Below are positions 17,383 to 25,479 of a stretch of DNA of 25,479 bases, piece after piece; the stretch's first letter is position 1, and each line of letters begins with the position of its first letter. Source of the DNA: a virus (lineage: Duplodnaviria > Caudoviricetes); IMG/VR virus record IMGVR_UViG_3300033498_000013, positions 1 through 25,479 of that record, one strand, 5' to 3'. A model generated the notes under the pieces. The model worked only from the letters and a program-made list of their open reading frames with translations, was not told the origin of the DNA and ran no database searches. Made by a program: the position numbers and the translations under genes.

Positions 17383-18525
17383 GTGACTACAACCAACTTT
17401 GCACTACTGACCAACGAACAAAAAACCGTATGGTCGATGGACTTGTGGAAGCAAGCCCGCAACATGTCGTTCATCAACAAGTTCCTTGGCAAAGACGCCA
17501 ACTCGATGATTCAGCACATCACTGAGCTGAAGAAGTCCGAGAAGGGTGCTCGTGCCGTTATCACCTTGCTGGCTGACCTCGAAGGTGATGGTATCGCCGG
17601 GGATCGCGCACTGGAAGGCAACGAAGAGGCGATGAAGTCGTACGATCAGGTCATCCGTCTTGACCAGATTCGTCACGCTAACCGCCACGAAGGGCGTATG
17701 GCTGACCAGAAGTCGATCATCACTTTCCGTGAGAACAGTCGCGACCAGTTGGCTTACTGGCTGTCGGACCGCATCGACCAAATGGCTATGTTGACTATGG
17801 CTGGCATGGCCTACAGCGCCAAGAACTCTGGCGGTACTCGTGTCGGTTCCGACATGACGAACCTTGAGTTTGCGGCTGATGTGACTGCTCCTACCGCTCA
17901 GCGCATCTTCACGTGGGACACCGCGACGAAGACCCTGAAGACCCCGACTGCCAAGACCAACACCTCCGCTTCGTTTGTCGGCGGCGCGATTGGTACTGGC
18001 GACTACCCCATGTGGGAACTCTTCGTACAGCTTAAGGCTTACGCGAAGGACACCTATATGCGCGGCGTCAAAGAAGCCGGCGGCGAAGAGACCTACCACT
18101 GCTTCCTGTCCCCGCAAGCCATGTCGAAGCTCAAGCTCGACGCGAACTACCTGTTGAACCTGCGTCACGCCCAACCGCGTGGTGACGGAAACAGCCTGTT
18201 CACTGGCTCCAGCGTCAAGATCGACGGCATCTACTTCCACGAGCATCGCCATGTACCGAACACTCGTACCGCCATCAGCGGCACGAACAAGTGGGGTTCC
18301 GGTTACAACGTCGATGGTTGCCGTATGCTGTTCTGCGGCGCTCAGGCTCTTGGTATGGCTGATATCGGCGCTCCTGAGTGGGTTGAGAAGGGTTTTGACT
18401 ACGAGAACTCGCAGGGTATTTCGACCGGCAAGATTCTTGGCTTCTTGAAGCCCAAGTTCACCAGCCAGTACATGGGTGGTGCTGTCGAAGACTTCGGCGT
18501 CATCGCTGTCGACGTAGCCCAATAA
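17383..18525 (+). CDS. major capsid protein (N4-gp56/DUF4043-like)
   Basis: GTG at 17383 with AGGAG RBS; ITELKKSEKGARAVITL, LEGNEE, NSLFTG, LFCGAQAL and FDYEN motifs; strong codon bias. Confidence 0.9.
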   Translation: MTTTNFALLTNEQKTVWSMDLWKQARNMSFINKFLGKDANSMIQHITELKKSEKGARAVITLLADLEGDGIAGDRALEGNEEAMKSYDQVIRLDQIRHANRHEGRMADQKSIITFRENSRDQLAYWLSDRIDQMAMLTMAGMAYSAKNSGGTRVGSDMTNLEFAADVTAPTAQRIFTWDTATKTLKTPTAKTNTSASFVGGAIGTGDYPMWELFVQLKAYAKDTYMRGVKEAGGEETYHCFLSPQAMSKLKLDANYLLNLRHAQPRGDGNSLFTGSSVKIDGIYFHEHRHVPNTRTAISGTNKWGSGYNVDGCRMLFCGAQALGMADIGAPEWVEKGFDYENSQGISTGKILGFLKPKFTSQYMGGAVEDFGVIAVDVAQ

Positions 18526-18535
18526 GGAGAATCAC

Positions 18536-19033
18536 ATGACTAAGAAAGTAGCTTCGCGTTTCGGCCAGCACGCGCTGGTGCAAGAGTTTGTAATGAACTG
18601 GAATGACTGGGCGATTGACTCCGTTTCTGGCGTCAAGAAGACCCTGTGTTCCACCGTTGCGACATCCACTGACCCGAATGAGTCCGGTTTGACGGCTGGC
18701 ACGAACCTCGTGTTCGACGCCATCCCCATGCCTTACGGCGCTCATATCATCAGCGGTACGGTGCAAGTCGAAACAGTGTTCAACGGTACTACCACCAACA
18801 CGCTGTCTGTCGGTGTCACTGGTGCGGCCACCACCTTCACCACCACCACCGACTTGGAGACCGCTGGCATCACCGCGTTCACCATGACCGGCGTGATCCC
18901 GTTGACCTGCAACGACGGCAAGAACATCCGCCTGACGTTCGCCAACGGCGGTGCTGATGCGACCCAAGGCAAGGTGCGTGTACGCGTTCTGTACACCATC
19001 GACGGCCGTGGCACGGAAAACACAATCACCTGA
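18536..19033 (+). CDS. putative capsid decoration/cement protein
   Basis: Follows the capsid gene with TAAGGAG RBS; T/G-rich, beta-strand-like; ends before a terminator. Confidence 0.6.
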   Translation: MTKKVASRFGQHALVQEFVMNWNDWAIDSVSGVKKTLCSTVATSTDPNESGLTAGTNLVFDAIPMPYGAHIISGTVQVETVFNGTTTNTLSVGVTGAATTFTTTTDLETAGITAFTMTGVIPLTCNDGKNIRLTFANGGADATQGKVRVRVLYTIDGRGTENTIT

Positions 19034-19047
19034 TTGTGATGTAAAAG

Positions 19048-19071
19048 ACGGGGACTTCGGTCCCCGTTCTT
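19048..19071 (+). terminator. intrinsic terminator
   Basis: ACGGGGAC-TTCG-GTCCCCGT stem with cUUCGg loop followed by TCTT. Confidence 0.8.
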
Positions 19072-19094
19072 CCACCTATTAAGGAGTGACAGGA

Positions 19095-19481
19095 ATGGCT
19101 GAATTTGTACTGAATAGAAACGCTACCGTTATCAGCAAGACCGGATTCACTATCCGCTTCGATAAGGGTATCCCGGCCTCCGTGCCGAACACCTGCATCC
19201 CGGAAGTTCTGGCTATCGGGGCTGAGCGTGTAGACGCACCGCAGGATGCAGGAATGGAAGACGTGAAGGTTGTAGCGGCTGACCCGGTGGGCGCAGAGCG
19301 CGAAGCCTTGCTGTTTGCCTGCTTCGACGACATCGTCGCCTCGAACAAGCGTGAGGACTTCACCGCGCAAGGCGTGCCGCACGTCAAAGCCATCAAGGTA
19401 TCCCTTGGGTTCGCCGTGGACAACAAAGAGCGTGACAAGGCTTGGGCTGACTACCGCATCAAGAAAGGGCAGGAAGAGTGA
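19095..19481 (+). CDS. hypothetical virion/head-completion protein
   Basis: AAGGAG RBS; GTGA overlap with the next gene. Confidence 0.7.
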   Translation: MAEFVLNRNATVISKTGFTIRFDKGIPASVPNTCIPEVLAIGAERVDAPQDAGMEDVKVVAADPVGAEREALLFACFDDIVASNKREDFTAQGVPHVKAIKVSLGFAVDNKERDKAWADYRIKKGQEE

Positions 19482-20155
19482 ACTCCGGCGAACTGTTTGA
19501 TGCGTGGCGTACTGATGTCGTAGACACAGCGAAGCCGTATCTCTGGTCTGACGACGAGGGATATCGCTACATGGATGCCGCGTACAGACAGTTCGTGCGC
19601 CTGACCGGCGGGATTGCAGACTTCACCTCAGACGCGACTAGCGTCCCTATCGCTATTGGCGAGAGCGTCGTAGACCTGCACCCGTCCATTCTGCGGATAA
19701 TGAGTGCGTACAAGTCCAACGGCACTGTGCTGGAGATCGTGAACCTGACAGACGCTGCGTACATGCAATCCAGCGATTACGGGGTGATGCGCCAGCTTTA
19801 TCTGGACGGGCGTTCGGGGCCGGTGCGCTACATGATCATCGGCGCAGAGAAGGATAAGGCGAAGTGGGTGCAAGTGCCGGTAGAAGCGGACACCGTGACG
19901 CTGCATATATACCGGCTCCCCTTCACTCATATCGTCGACGACACTCACGAGCTGAGTGACGTGGACGAGGAGCACCACATTTATTTGCTGGACTGGATGA
20001 AGCACCTGTCGTACAAGAAGCAGGACGCTGAGACGTTCGACAAGACGAAATCCACAGAAGCCGAGTTGAATTTCCGCAAGTACTGCGACCAGTGCAAGCG
20101 TGAGTGGGAGCGGTACAAGCACAAGACTCGCGTCGTCGCGTATGGCGGTATCTGA
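19478..20155 (+). CDS. putative head-tail adaptor/connector protein
   Basis: PYLWSDDE N-terminal motif and helical C-terminus (YKKQDAETFD) typical of adaptor proteins; synteny. Confidence 0.6.
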   Translation: MNSGELFDAWRTDVVDTAKPYLWSDDEGYRYMDAAYRQFVRLTGGIADFTSDATSVPIAIGESVVDLHPSILRIMSAYKSNGTVLEIVNLTDAAYMQSSDYGVMRQLYLDGRSGPVRYMIIGAEKDKAKWVQVPVEADTVTLHIYRLPFTHIVDDTHELSDVDEEHHIYLLDWMKHLSYKKQDAETFDKTKSTEAELNFRKYCDQCKREWERYKHKTRVVAYGGI

Positions 20156-20318
20156 GACAAGCTGTAGACCCCAGCCGGCGGTGGGCGCTTGTGGGCAATA
20201 CGTTCCAGCCTCAAAACACCGGCAGCTCAGGTGCGCCTATCCCTCCCCGGCGTAGCCTGAGCACCTCACTCGCTGGTGGTTTCTGATAGAATCCAACTCA
20301 TCGAATAAGGAGATACAC

Positions 20319-20639
20319 ATGTCGTTTACCGCCCACTCCCCCACCATCTGTATCTCCACTACGGCGGCAAGCAAAAGCTTGGCTCTTGTCGCCTGCCGGA
20401 AGGCCAGACTGGTAAACACATCCACCACTGTCATACTCTACTTCCAGTTCGGCGCAGGCTCTGCTACGGCAGTAATTCCCACCCCAGACAACGCGACAGG
20501 TACAGCGTGCATCGTGGTTCCGCCGCTACAAGACGTAGTTGTGGACGTACCGCTCGGTTCGACGCACGTGGCGTGTATCGGTAGTGCCGCAGGCCCCACG
20601 CTTGCATACATCACTCCCGGTGTAGAGTTGGCGAGTTGA
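20319..20639 (+). CDS. hypothetical protein (beta-rich, possibly virion-associated)
   Basis: TAAGGAG RBS; 106 aa. Confidence 0.7.
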   Translation: MSFTAHSPTICISTTAASKSLALVACRKARLVNTSTTVILYFQFGAGSATAVIPTPDNATGTACIVVPPLQDVVVDVPLGSTHVACIGSAAGPTLAYITPGVELAS

Positions 20640-20642
20640 GCC

Positions 20643-21167
20643 ATGAGCCGCCTGTCCTACGCCATCAGAGTCACCCTCGGAGAGGAAGGTGGCTACAGCG
20701 ACCGTAAAGCAGACCGTGGTGGTGCGACGAACTACGGGGTAACCCAGCGTACCTACGACGAGTTCTGCAAGCTCTCAGGGCGTCCACAGCGCCCTGTGAA
20801 GCAGATTTCGATGGAAGAGGTACTGCTCATCTACGGCACGTACTGGAAAGACGCCCACTGCTCGTATATTCCTGAGCCGCTCGACGTGCTGGTCTTCGAC
20901 GCAGCGATCAACCACGGCGCTGGCAGGGCCATCAAGCTCTTGCAGCAGACTCTCGGCGTAGACGTGGACGGTATTGCAGGGCGCGGCACGATGCAGGCAC
21001 TGCACGAAGAGATGACCAACGGCGACATCGTCGAACTGTGTACGCTGTACCTTGAGCACCGCAAGAACTTCTTCAACGAGATCATCGCCAAGCGCCCGGA
21101 TCAGGAAGTCTTCAGGAATGGCTGGTACAACCGCATCGAACACCTTCGTGGGTTGATCGGAGAATGA
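20643..21167 (+). CDS. endolysin, glycoside hydrolase family 108 with C-terminal peptidoglycan-binding domain
   Basis: EGGYSD...DRGGATNYGVT, FDAAINHG, LQQTLGVDVDGIAG and FRNGWYNR motifs. Confidence 0.92.
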   Translation: MSRLSYAIRVTLGEEGGYSDRKADRGGATNYGVTQRTYDEFCKLSGRPQRPVKQISMEEVLLIYGTYWKDAHCSYIPEPLDVLVFDAAINHGAGRAIKLLQQTLGVDVDGIAGRGTMQALHEEMTNGDIVELCTLYLEHRKNFFNEIIAKRPDQEVFRNGWYNRIEHLRGLIGE

Positions 21168-21403
21168 CATGGCTCAAGCAACTCTCTTCGGACGATATGA
21201 ACCGCCTGTCGAGCACTCGGGCTATCGCCTTAATGGCAGGCTCGACACTCTGCTTCAGCACCGCAGTCCTGACTGTAGGGAGTTTCTGGCATCCAGAAAT
21301 GATACCGGTACTCAGCGCCATCGGCCCGAGTCTAGCTGGGATGGCGACAGCCAGCTACATGATGAATCGCTGGGCGACGAAGGAAGTGAGGAATGATGCT
21401 TGA
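21164..21403 (+). CDS. putative holin
   Basis: Coupled to the endolysin; LSSTR motif then two hydrophobic segments and a charged C-terminus. Confidence 0.6.
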   Translation: MTWLKQLSSDDMNRLSSTRAIALMAGSTLCFSTAVLTVGSFWHPEMIPVLSAIGPSLAGMATASYMMNRWATKEVRNDA

Positions 21404-21584
21404 CAAGAAATGCTCAACCTTCCAGCCGTGCAGCCTGCGCCACAAGTGCGCTCTAGACAACATCCCTGAGTCACAGGTGCGTCAGCACTTCTATCCGTCC
21501 GACGTTGGCGATCAGTGCAAGCACTACACGCCACACTTCAAGCCGTGGGGTGAAGGTGCTGATGCGAAGGACGGCAATGACTGA
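21393..21584 (+). CDS. small Cys-rich hypothetical protein
   Basis: C-x5-C-x5-C...C pattern; overlaps both neighbours. Confidence 0.55.
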   Translation: MMLDKKCSTFQPCSLRHKCALDNIPESQVRQHFYPSDVGDQCKHYTPHFKPWGEGADAKDGND

Positions 21585-21765
21585 TAACTTCAAATTCACG
21601 GCCATCCCAACCGCATGGCATCCGCTGCCAACAGAACTTTCCGCCCAAGCCTCTGGCAGTCCCGATCTAGACGGGCAAGCTCAAACCGGGCGGCTTTCAA
21701 ACACCGAAGCCGACATTCCGGCATCGGAGGAATATCAAACACTTATGGCGGGGTGTCTCGAATGA
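21577..21765 (+). CDS. small hypothetical protein (MTDNFKF...)
   Basis: ATG at 21577 with AAGGA upstream; overlaps the previous stop. Confidence 0.5.
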   Translation: MTDNFKFTAIPTAWHPLPTELSAQASGSPDLDGQAQTGRLSNTEADIPASEEYQTLMAGCLE

Positions 21766-21851
21766 CCGGCTCATTTCTCCTCGACCTCGCATTGATGTGC
21801 GCCAGTGTCGGCATCGCCACGGCTATCTACGTCTGGAGTGATCGACTGTGA
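21762..21851 (+). CDS. 29-aa single-TM peptide
   Basis: ATGA and GTGA couplings at both ends; MTGSFLLDLALMCASVGIATAIYVWSDRL. Confidence 0.45.
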   Translation: MTGSFLLDLALMCASVGIATAIYVWSDRL

Positions 21852-22315
21852 CCGCACTCCTCGCCCCATTCGCTTCCATCATGGCCGGGATCATTCTCGT
21901 CCTGACCTTGAGCAACGCCTTCTTTATCAACCGCTGGAGCGCCGCCCGTGACAACCTCACCTCATACACCGCCTCGGTCAATGCCGCTCAGGAACAAATC
22001 GAAGCCGATATCCAGCGACGGCTCAGAGAGTCTGCTGCCATCAATACCGACACTTCAACTCGGCTTGACGTGGCTCTTCGTGATCTTCGTCGTCGTCCTG
22101 CTGTCAGGGTGCAACCCTGTAGTAGTGCGGGGGGAATGCCCTCAGTATCCTCTGCCACCGGCCTCGCTCCTCAAGCCCCCGTTGCTGACCCCGTTGATCC
22201 ACCCGTCATTACTGCCGAACAGTGCGAGAAGCACCTCGGAGATGGAATCGAAGACGCGGTGAGATTTTCCTTCCTTCAATCGTGGGTCGTTCAACAGCAT
22301 GAGGTATCAAAGTGA
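21848..22315 (+). CDS. inner-membrane spanin (Rz-like)
   Basis: N-terminal TM helix, coiled coil, VRVQPC and C-terminal LQSWV motif. Confidence 0.78.
   Translation: MTALLAPFASIMAGIILVLTLSNAFFINRWSAARDNLTSYTASVNAAQEQIEADIQRRLRESAAINTDTSTRLDVALRDLRRRPAVRVQPCSSAGGMPSVSSATGLAPQAPVADPVDPPVITAEQCEKHLGDGIEDAVRFSFLQSWVVQQHEVSK
22065..22262 (+). CDS. outer-membrane spanin lipoprotein (Rz1-like), nested in Rz; start codon uncertain
   Basis: +1 frame; hydrophobic signal WLFVIFVVVLLSG|C (Cys at 22110) followed by a Pro-rich mature region. Confidence 0.75.
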   Translation: MTWLFVIFVVVLLSGCNPVVVRGECPQYPLPPASLLKPPLLTPLIHPSLLPNSARSTSEMESKTR

Positions 22316-22707
22316 GCACGCAATTCAACGTAAAAAGCGCCATACTTTCCGAGATCGCCAAGACCGACGATAGTCAGATGAAAACTATCCTGCTCCTGAT
22401 GCTGGGCGTGCTGGAAGAGATCGGCAGCAAGATTGACCTCGCCATCGACAACGAGAAGAAGATGATGAAGAGCTTCGTCCTCAACGGCCACGAAGAGAAC
22501 CACCATCTGCACCACGACTGGATTGCCCAGCGCCTCAAGCACAACGGACGCTGTGAGTGGGCGAATAAGCAGATCGCTGAACAGGCAGAAGCCACCGAGA
22601 CGAAGAAGACGCTGCTCGGCAAGCTCTACGAGAACGTCATCAACCAGTTTTCCACGATCATCATCACCGGCCTTGCAGTTGCTGCCGGTTTCACTTTCTT
22701 GAAGTAA
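22312..22707 (+). CDS. hypothetical protein with C-terminal TM anchor
   Basis: GAGG RBS; coiled coil, His-rich patch HEENHHLHHDW, hydrophobic C-terminus. Confidence 0.7.
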   Translation: MSTQFNVKSAILSEIAKTDDSQMKTILLLMLGVLEEIGSKIDLAIDNEKKMMKSFVLNGHEENHHLHHDWIAQRLKHNGRCEWANKQIAEQAEATETKKTLLGKLYENVINQFSTIIITGLAVAAGFTFLK

Positions 22708-22717
22708 GGAGTAAGTC

Positions 22718-24457
22718 ATGGCACTCGTCGCATCCTCATGGGAAATACAAGTAGGTAAAGGCATTCGATACGTCGGTGCGGCGCATGGCGTAGCCGGAGC
22801 CAATTACGTTACGGTCTTGGAACTTCACCGCTGGCTGCAAGACCTTGCAGACGACGCGAGTTCGGCTGGCGATGACTACATGGATATCACGCGGGACACC
22901 CCGTCTGATAAGTCCTTCGACACCATCATCAGCTTGACCAATGGCTACACGCTGGACACGGCGTACACCACACCGGCCAACGAGTACATCTACGGCGGCA
23001 CGATCATCCAAGGTGGCGGCACGGACATCTGGGACGGTATCGCAGTCGTGGCAAACCGTGGCTGCTACGTGGACGTGATTCAGGACGGCGCTCGACTGAC
23101 CGGCGACTTCTGGAATAACACCCCGAACGGTGAATCGTATCGCGGCATTAACTTCGATGCGGCAACTGGTAAGTCGGCGCAGTTCATGGTCAAGGTGCGC
23201 GCCAGTGGCGCAGATATCGACGGCAAGATTCTGCTGTTCCAGACTCGTGAGTGGGGCAAGACCTACTCTGAGTTCCGCATCCCCGGTACAGGTCGCGGCG
23301 TGAACACCGTGCCGCTGACCTACAAGAACGACCTGAACAACACCACTATCATTGGTGATCTGGTTTCTGCACCGTTCACCACCGTCACCAACGTCACTAC
23401 AGGCTACAACCTGATCGACGTGGACAACAACGGCGCGGATGAAGAGTATTACAGTGAGTGGGACAAGGGCGATTGCACGATCAACCAGTTCTACGAGTAC
23501 ATGAAGTACATCACCCGTCGCACGGCATCGGCAACGGTGTACGGCACGGCGGGCGAACTGTTCCGTGGCATCACCCACTCAGTCACTTACACGGGGCTGG
23601 CAGGCGGCGCGTTTGCTCAAGGTACATCGACCGACCTGACGTGGGGTACGGGCGCGACGGCGGGCACAGGCCGCATCCTTGCCGACGACACGACTGACGA
23701 CATCCTCTACATCCAGCTTCTGACCGGCGTAGTGCCCACCGGCACGATCACACAGGGCGGCGTCACGGCAACGACAGGCACGGTCACGGAGAAAGCAGTT
23801 TCGACACCGGCTTGCGGCGACTCGACAGGTTCATCCATTGTCGGTGCTTACGGCTTCTCGCTGGAGTACGCAGACCTCGCCAAGAACGACAAGATCACGG
23901 CACTGGACGGTACGACTCGCCAGCCGCCGAACAACGTCACCTTCACGGTTTCCGGCCTCACCTCGGGCTACTCTGTGCTGGTTGCGCCTTCGACGGGTTC
24001 TGCGATCCAAGTCAACCAGTTCACCCTGAACGGGGCGTTGTCTGGCGCTGCGGTGACGAGCGTGGTGGTGAATGAAGCGATCCCGGTGGATACCCCGGCA
24101 GTGGCGACAGGCGTGGGCAGCATCCGTATTCTGCGTGCCAACGGGCAATACACCAAGCACGAGTACACGGCGTACAACTCAGGCACCAAGACCTTCACGA
24201 TTCCGGCGCATGACTTCAGCACCAACGGCGCGGCGAACGGTGCGAACGCCTACCTCGGGTACATCGACGCCGTCGCCAATGCTACGGACGAATCCTACAG
24301 TTGCGTGTATTCCGCTGCACGGACACTGGCGGTACGGGTGCGCTTCGGTGGTACAGGGCCAGCCTACTCTGACTCGATCAAGACCTACCAGACCTTCACT
24401 GCGTCACTGGGTGAGTCGGGCGGCGGAAGTTCTGCCGCCGTGGTCTCCGATGCTTAA
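22718..24457 (+). CDS. virion structural protein (putative tail-associated)
   Basis: TAAGGAG RBS; 579 aa, G/T/A/S-rich; late-gene context. Exact role not recognised. Confidence 0.65.
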   Translation: MALVASSWEIQVGKGIRYVGAAHGVAGANYVTVLELHRWLQDLADDASSAGDDYMDITRDTPSDKSFDTIISLTNGYTLDTAYTTPANEYIYGGTIIQGGGTDIWDGIAVVANRGCYVDVIQDGARLTGDFWNNTPNGESYRGINFDAATGKSAQFMVKVRASGADIDGKILLFQTREWGKTYSEFRIPGTGRGVNTVPLTYKNDLNNTTIIGDLVSAPFTTVTNVTTGYNLIDVDNNGADEEYYSEWDKGDCTINQFYEYMKYITRRTASATVYGTAGELFRGITHSVTYTGLAGGAFAQGTSTDLTWGTGATAGTGRILADDTTDDILYIQLLTGVVPTGTITQGGVTATTGTVTEKAVSTPACGDSTGSSIVGAYGFSLEYADLAKNDKITALDGTTRQPPNNVTFTVSGLTSGYSVLVAPSTGSAIQVNQFTLNGALSGAAVTSVVVNEAIPVDTPAVATGVGSIRILRANGQYTKHEYTAYNSGTKTFTIPAHDFSTNGAANGANAYLGYIDAVANATDESYSCVYSAARTLAVRVRFGGTGPAYSDSIKTYQTFTASLGESGGGSSAAVVSDA

Positions 24458-24466
24458 GGGGCGACT

Positions 24467-24628
24467 ATGACTCTCCAACAACTTCTCGGAGAGCTTCAAA
24501 CGCTGGCGATGGCGTACCCGGATGACACGCCCATCAGAATCTCGCAGCCGGATATGGAACACGACGTGCAGACCATTGAAGTGCAATCCCACTCTGGCGG
24601 CGTCGAGATTCATCTGAAGGTTAGCTGA
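24467..24628 (+). CDS. small hypothetical protein (53 aa, MTLQQLLGELQ...)
   Basis: Manual translation; AAGGGG RBS; TGATG coupling to the next gene. Confidence 0.6.
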   Translation: MTLQQLLGELQTLAMAYPDDTPIRISQPDMEHDVQTIEVQSHSGGVEIHLKVS

Positions 24629-25479
24629 TGGCTACGCTCACGACTGCCGTTTATCTGGACGACGCTGCCCGCACGGCGGGGGAGGCGATGACCAACAATG
24701 GCGGGTCGCTGACGATCCGAACCGACACCCGCTGGCACGCCAACAGCCCTGCGAGCATGACCGGCTCGCTCGGCTCGCACAACATTTCTGCGACATTGGG
24801 TGGCAGCTACATCATCGACGGCACCAATGTGCGCTGGTTGGCAATCACTGGCGGCTCTGGTAGTGCGGCTATCGGAACAACCGTTTCGCAGGGTGGAGTT
24901 TCTGGTTATTTCCTCGGCTATTGGGCCTCGCTGACTTCCGCACCTTCCACGACCATCGGCGCAACGGGTTTTATCAAGCTGCGCGAAGTCACAGGCGGCA
25001 CGTTCTCTGCCGGTGCGCTCTCTGGCATCACTGCCACTGCTGCCGGTGCTGACGTGGTGGGCTGGATCGAAGTGGTGCATGACCAAGCATCCACGATAAC
25101 TGTACCGCGTCTTGGCGACTTCACCACTCGCGGCGACTGGTTTGAACTCGGCACGGCCACAGGCTCAAGCAACCAACTGGTGCAGGTTCCGACCAACGGA
25201 TCAGCAACTGCCTACGTCCCTGCGGTGTGGATCGAGACATCCCCCGGTAGCGGTACTTACGACAAGTATCCCGCGCTATATGCGGCGCTGATGATTACCG
25301 GCAACTTGGGGACGGATGTGCGCTCCAAGTTCGTCTGCATGGAAACCAACGGTAACGTCCGCATCGGACACAACGGCACGACAGCGGTGGGCTATGTTCC
25401 TGCCTCTGGCTGCAAGATCAGGATTCCGAACATCCTTGGGCGGCAGTGCGTCACTACCACCAGAGCAACCAACGCTATC
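24628..25479 (+). CDS. virion structural/tail fibre-like protein (runs off the window)
   Basis: Open frame from ATG 24628 (MATLTTAVYLDDAARTAGEA...) to the window end; G/T/S/A-rich. Confidence 0.7.
   Translation, partial: MATLTTAVYLDDAARTAGEAMTNNGGSLTIRTDTRWHANSPASMTGSLGSHNISATLGGSYIIDGTNVRWLAITGGSGSAAIGTTVSQGGVSGYFLGYWASLTSAPSTTIGATGFIKLREVTGGTFSAGALSGITATAAGADVVGWIEVVHDQASTITVPRLGDFTTRGDWFELGTATGSSNQLVQVPTNGSATAYVPAVWIETSPGSGTYDKYPALYAALMITGNLGTDVRSKFVCMETNGNVRIGHNGTTAVGYVPASGCKIRIPNILGRQCVTTTRATNAI

Noticed and set aside
17404-18522. 372-aa antisense ORF opposite the capsid gene (similar ones at 12755-13903, 22736-23578, 7908-8723)
   Set aside because: Shadow ORFs expected from strong codon bias on the coding strand; no RBS or recognisable motifs.

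Overview
A 25.5 kb segment of a tailed dsDNA phage genome, probably infecting a Gram-negative host because it encodes spanins. No integrase or repressor is visible. The left arm (1-10.2 kb, minus strand, more AT-rich by eye) carries replication and early genes: family A DNA polymerase (truncated), SNF2-type helicase, PD-(D/E)XK Cas4/AddB-like nuclease, primase-helicase and many small hypothetical genes. A repeat-rich non-coding switch region lies at about 9.5-10.44 kb. The right arm (plus strand, GC-rich) carries terminase small and large subunits, a ferritin-like protein, portal, scaffold, N4-gp56-like major capsid, head completion genes, a lysis cassette (GH108 endolysin, holin, nested Rz/Rz1) and virion structural proteins. 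The most notable element is a 269-aa intein in the large terminase that has no in-frame endonuclease. Instead it carries a complete endonuclease VII-type (His-Me) nuclease gene, with its own ribosome-binding site, in another reading frame of the same DNA. All family assignments come from motif recognition, not database searches.
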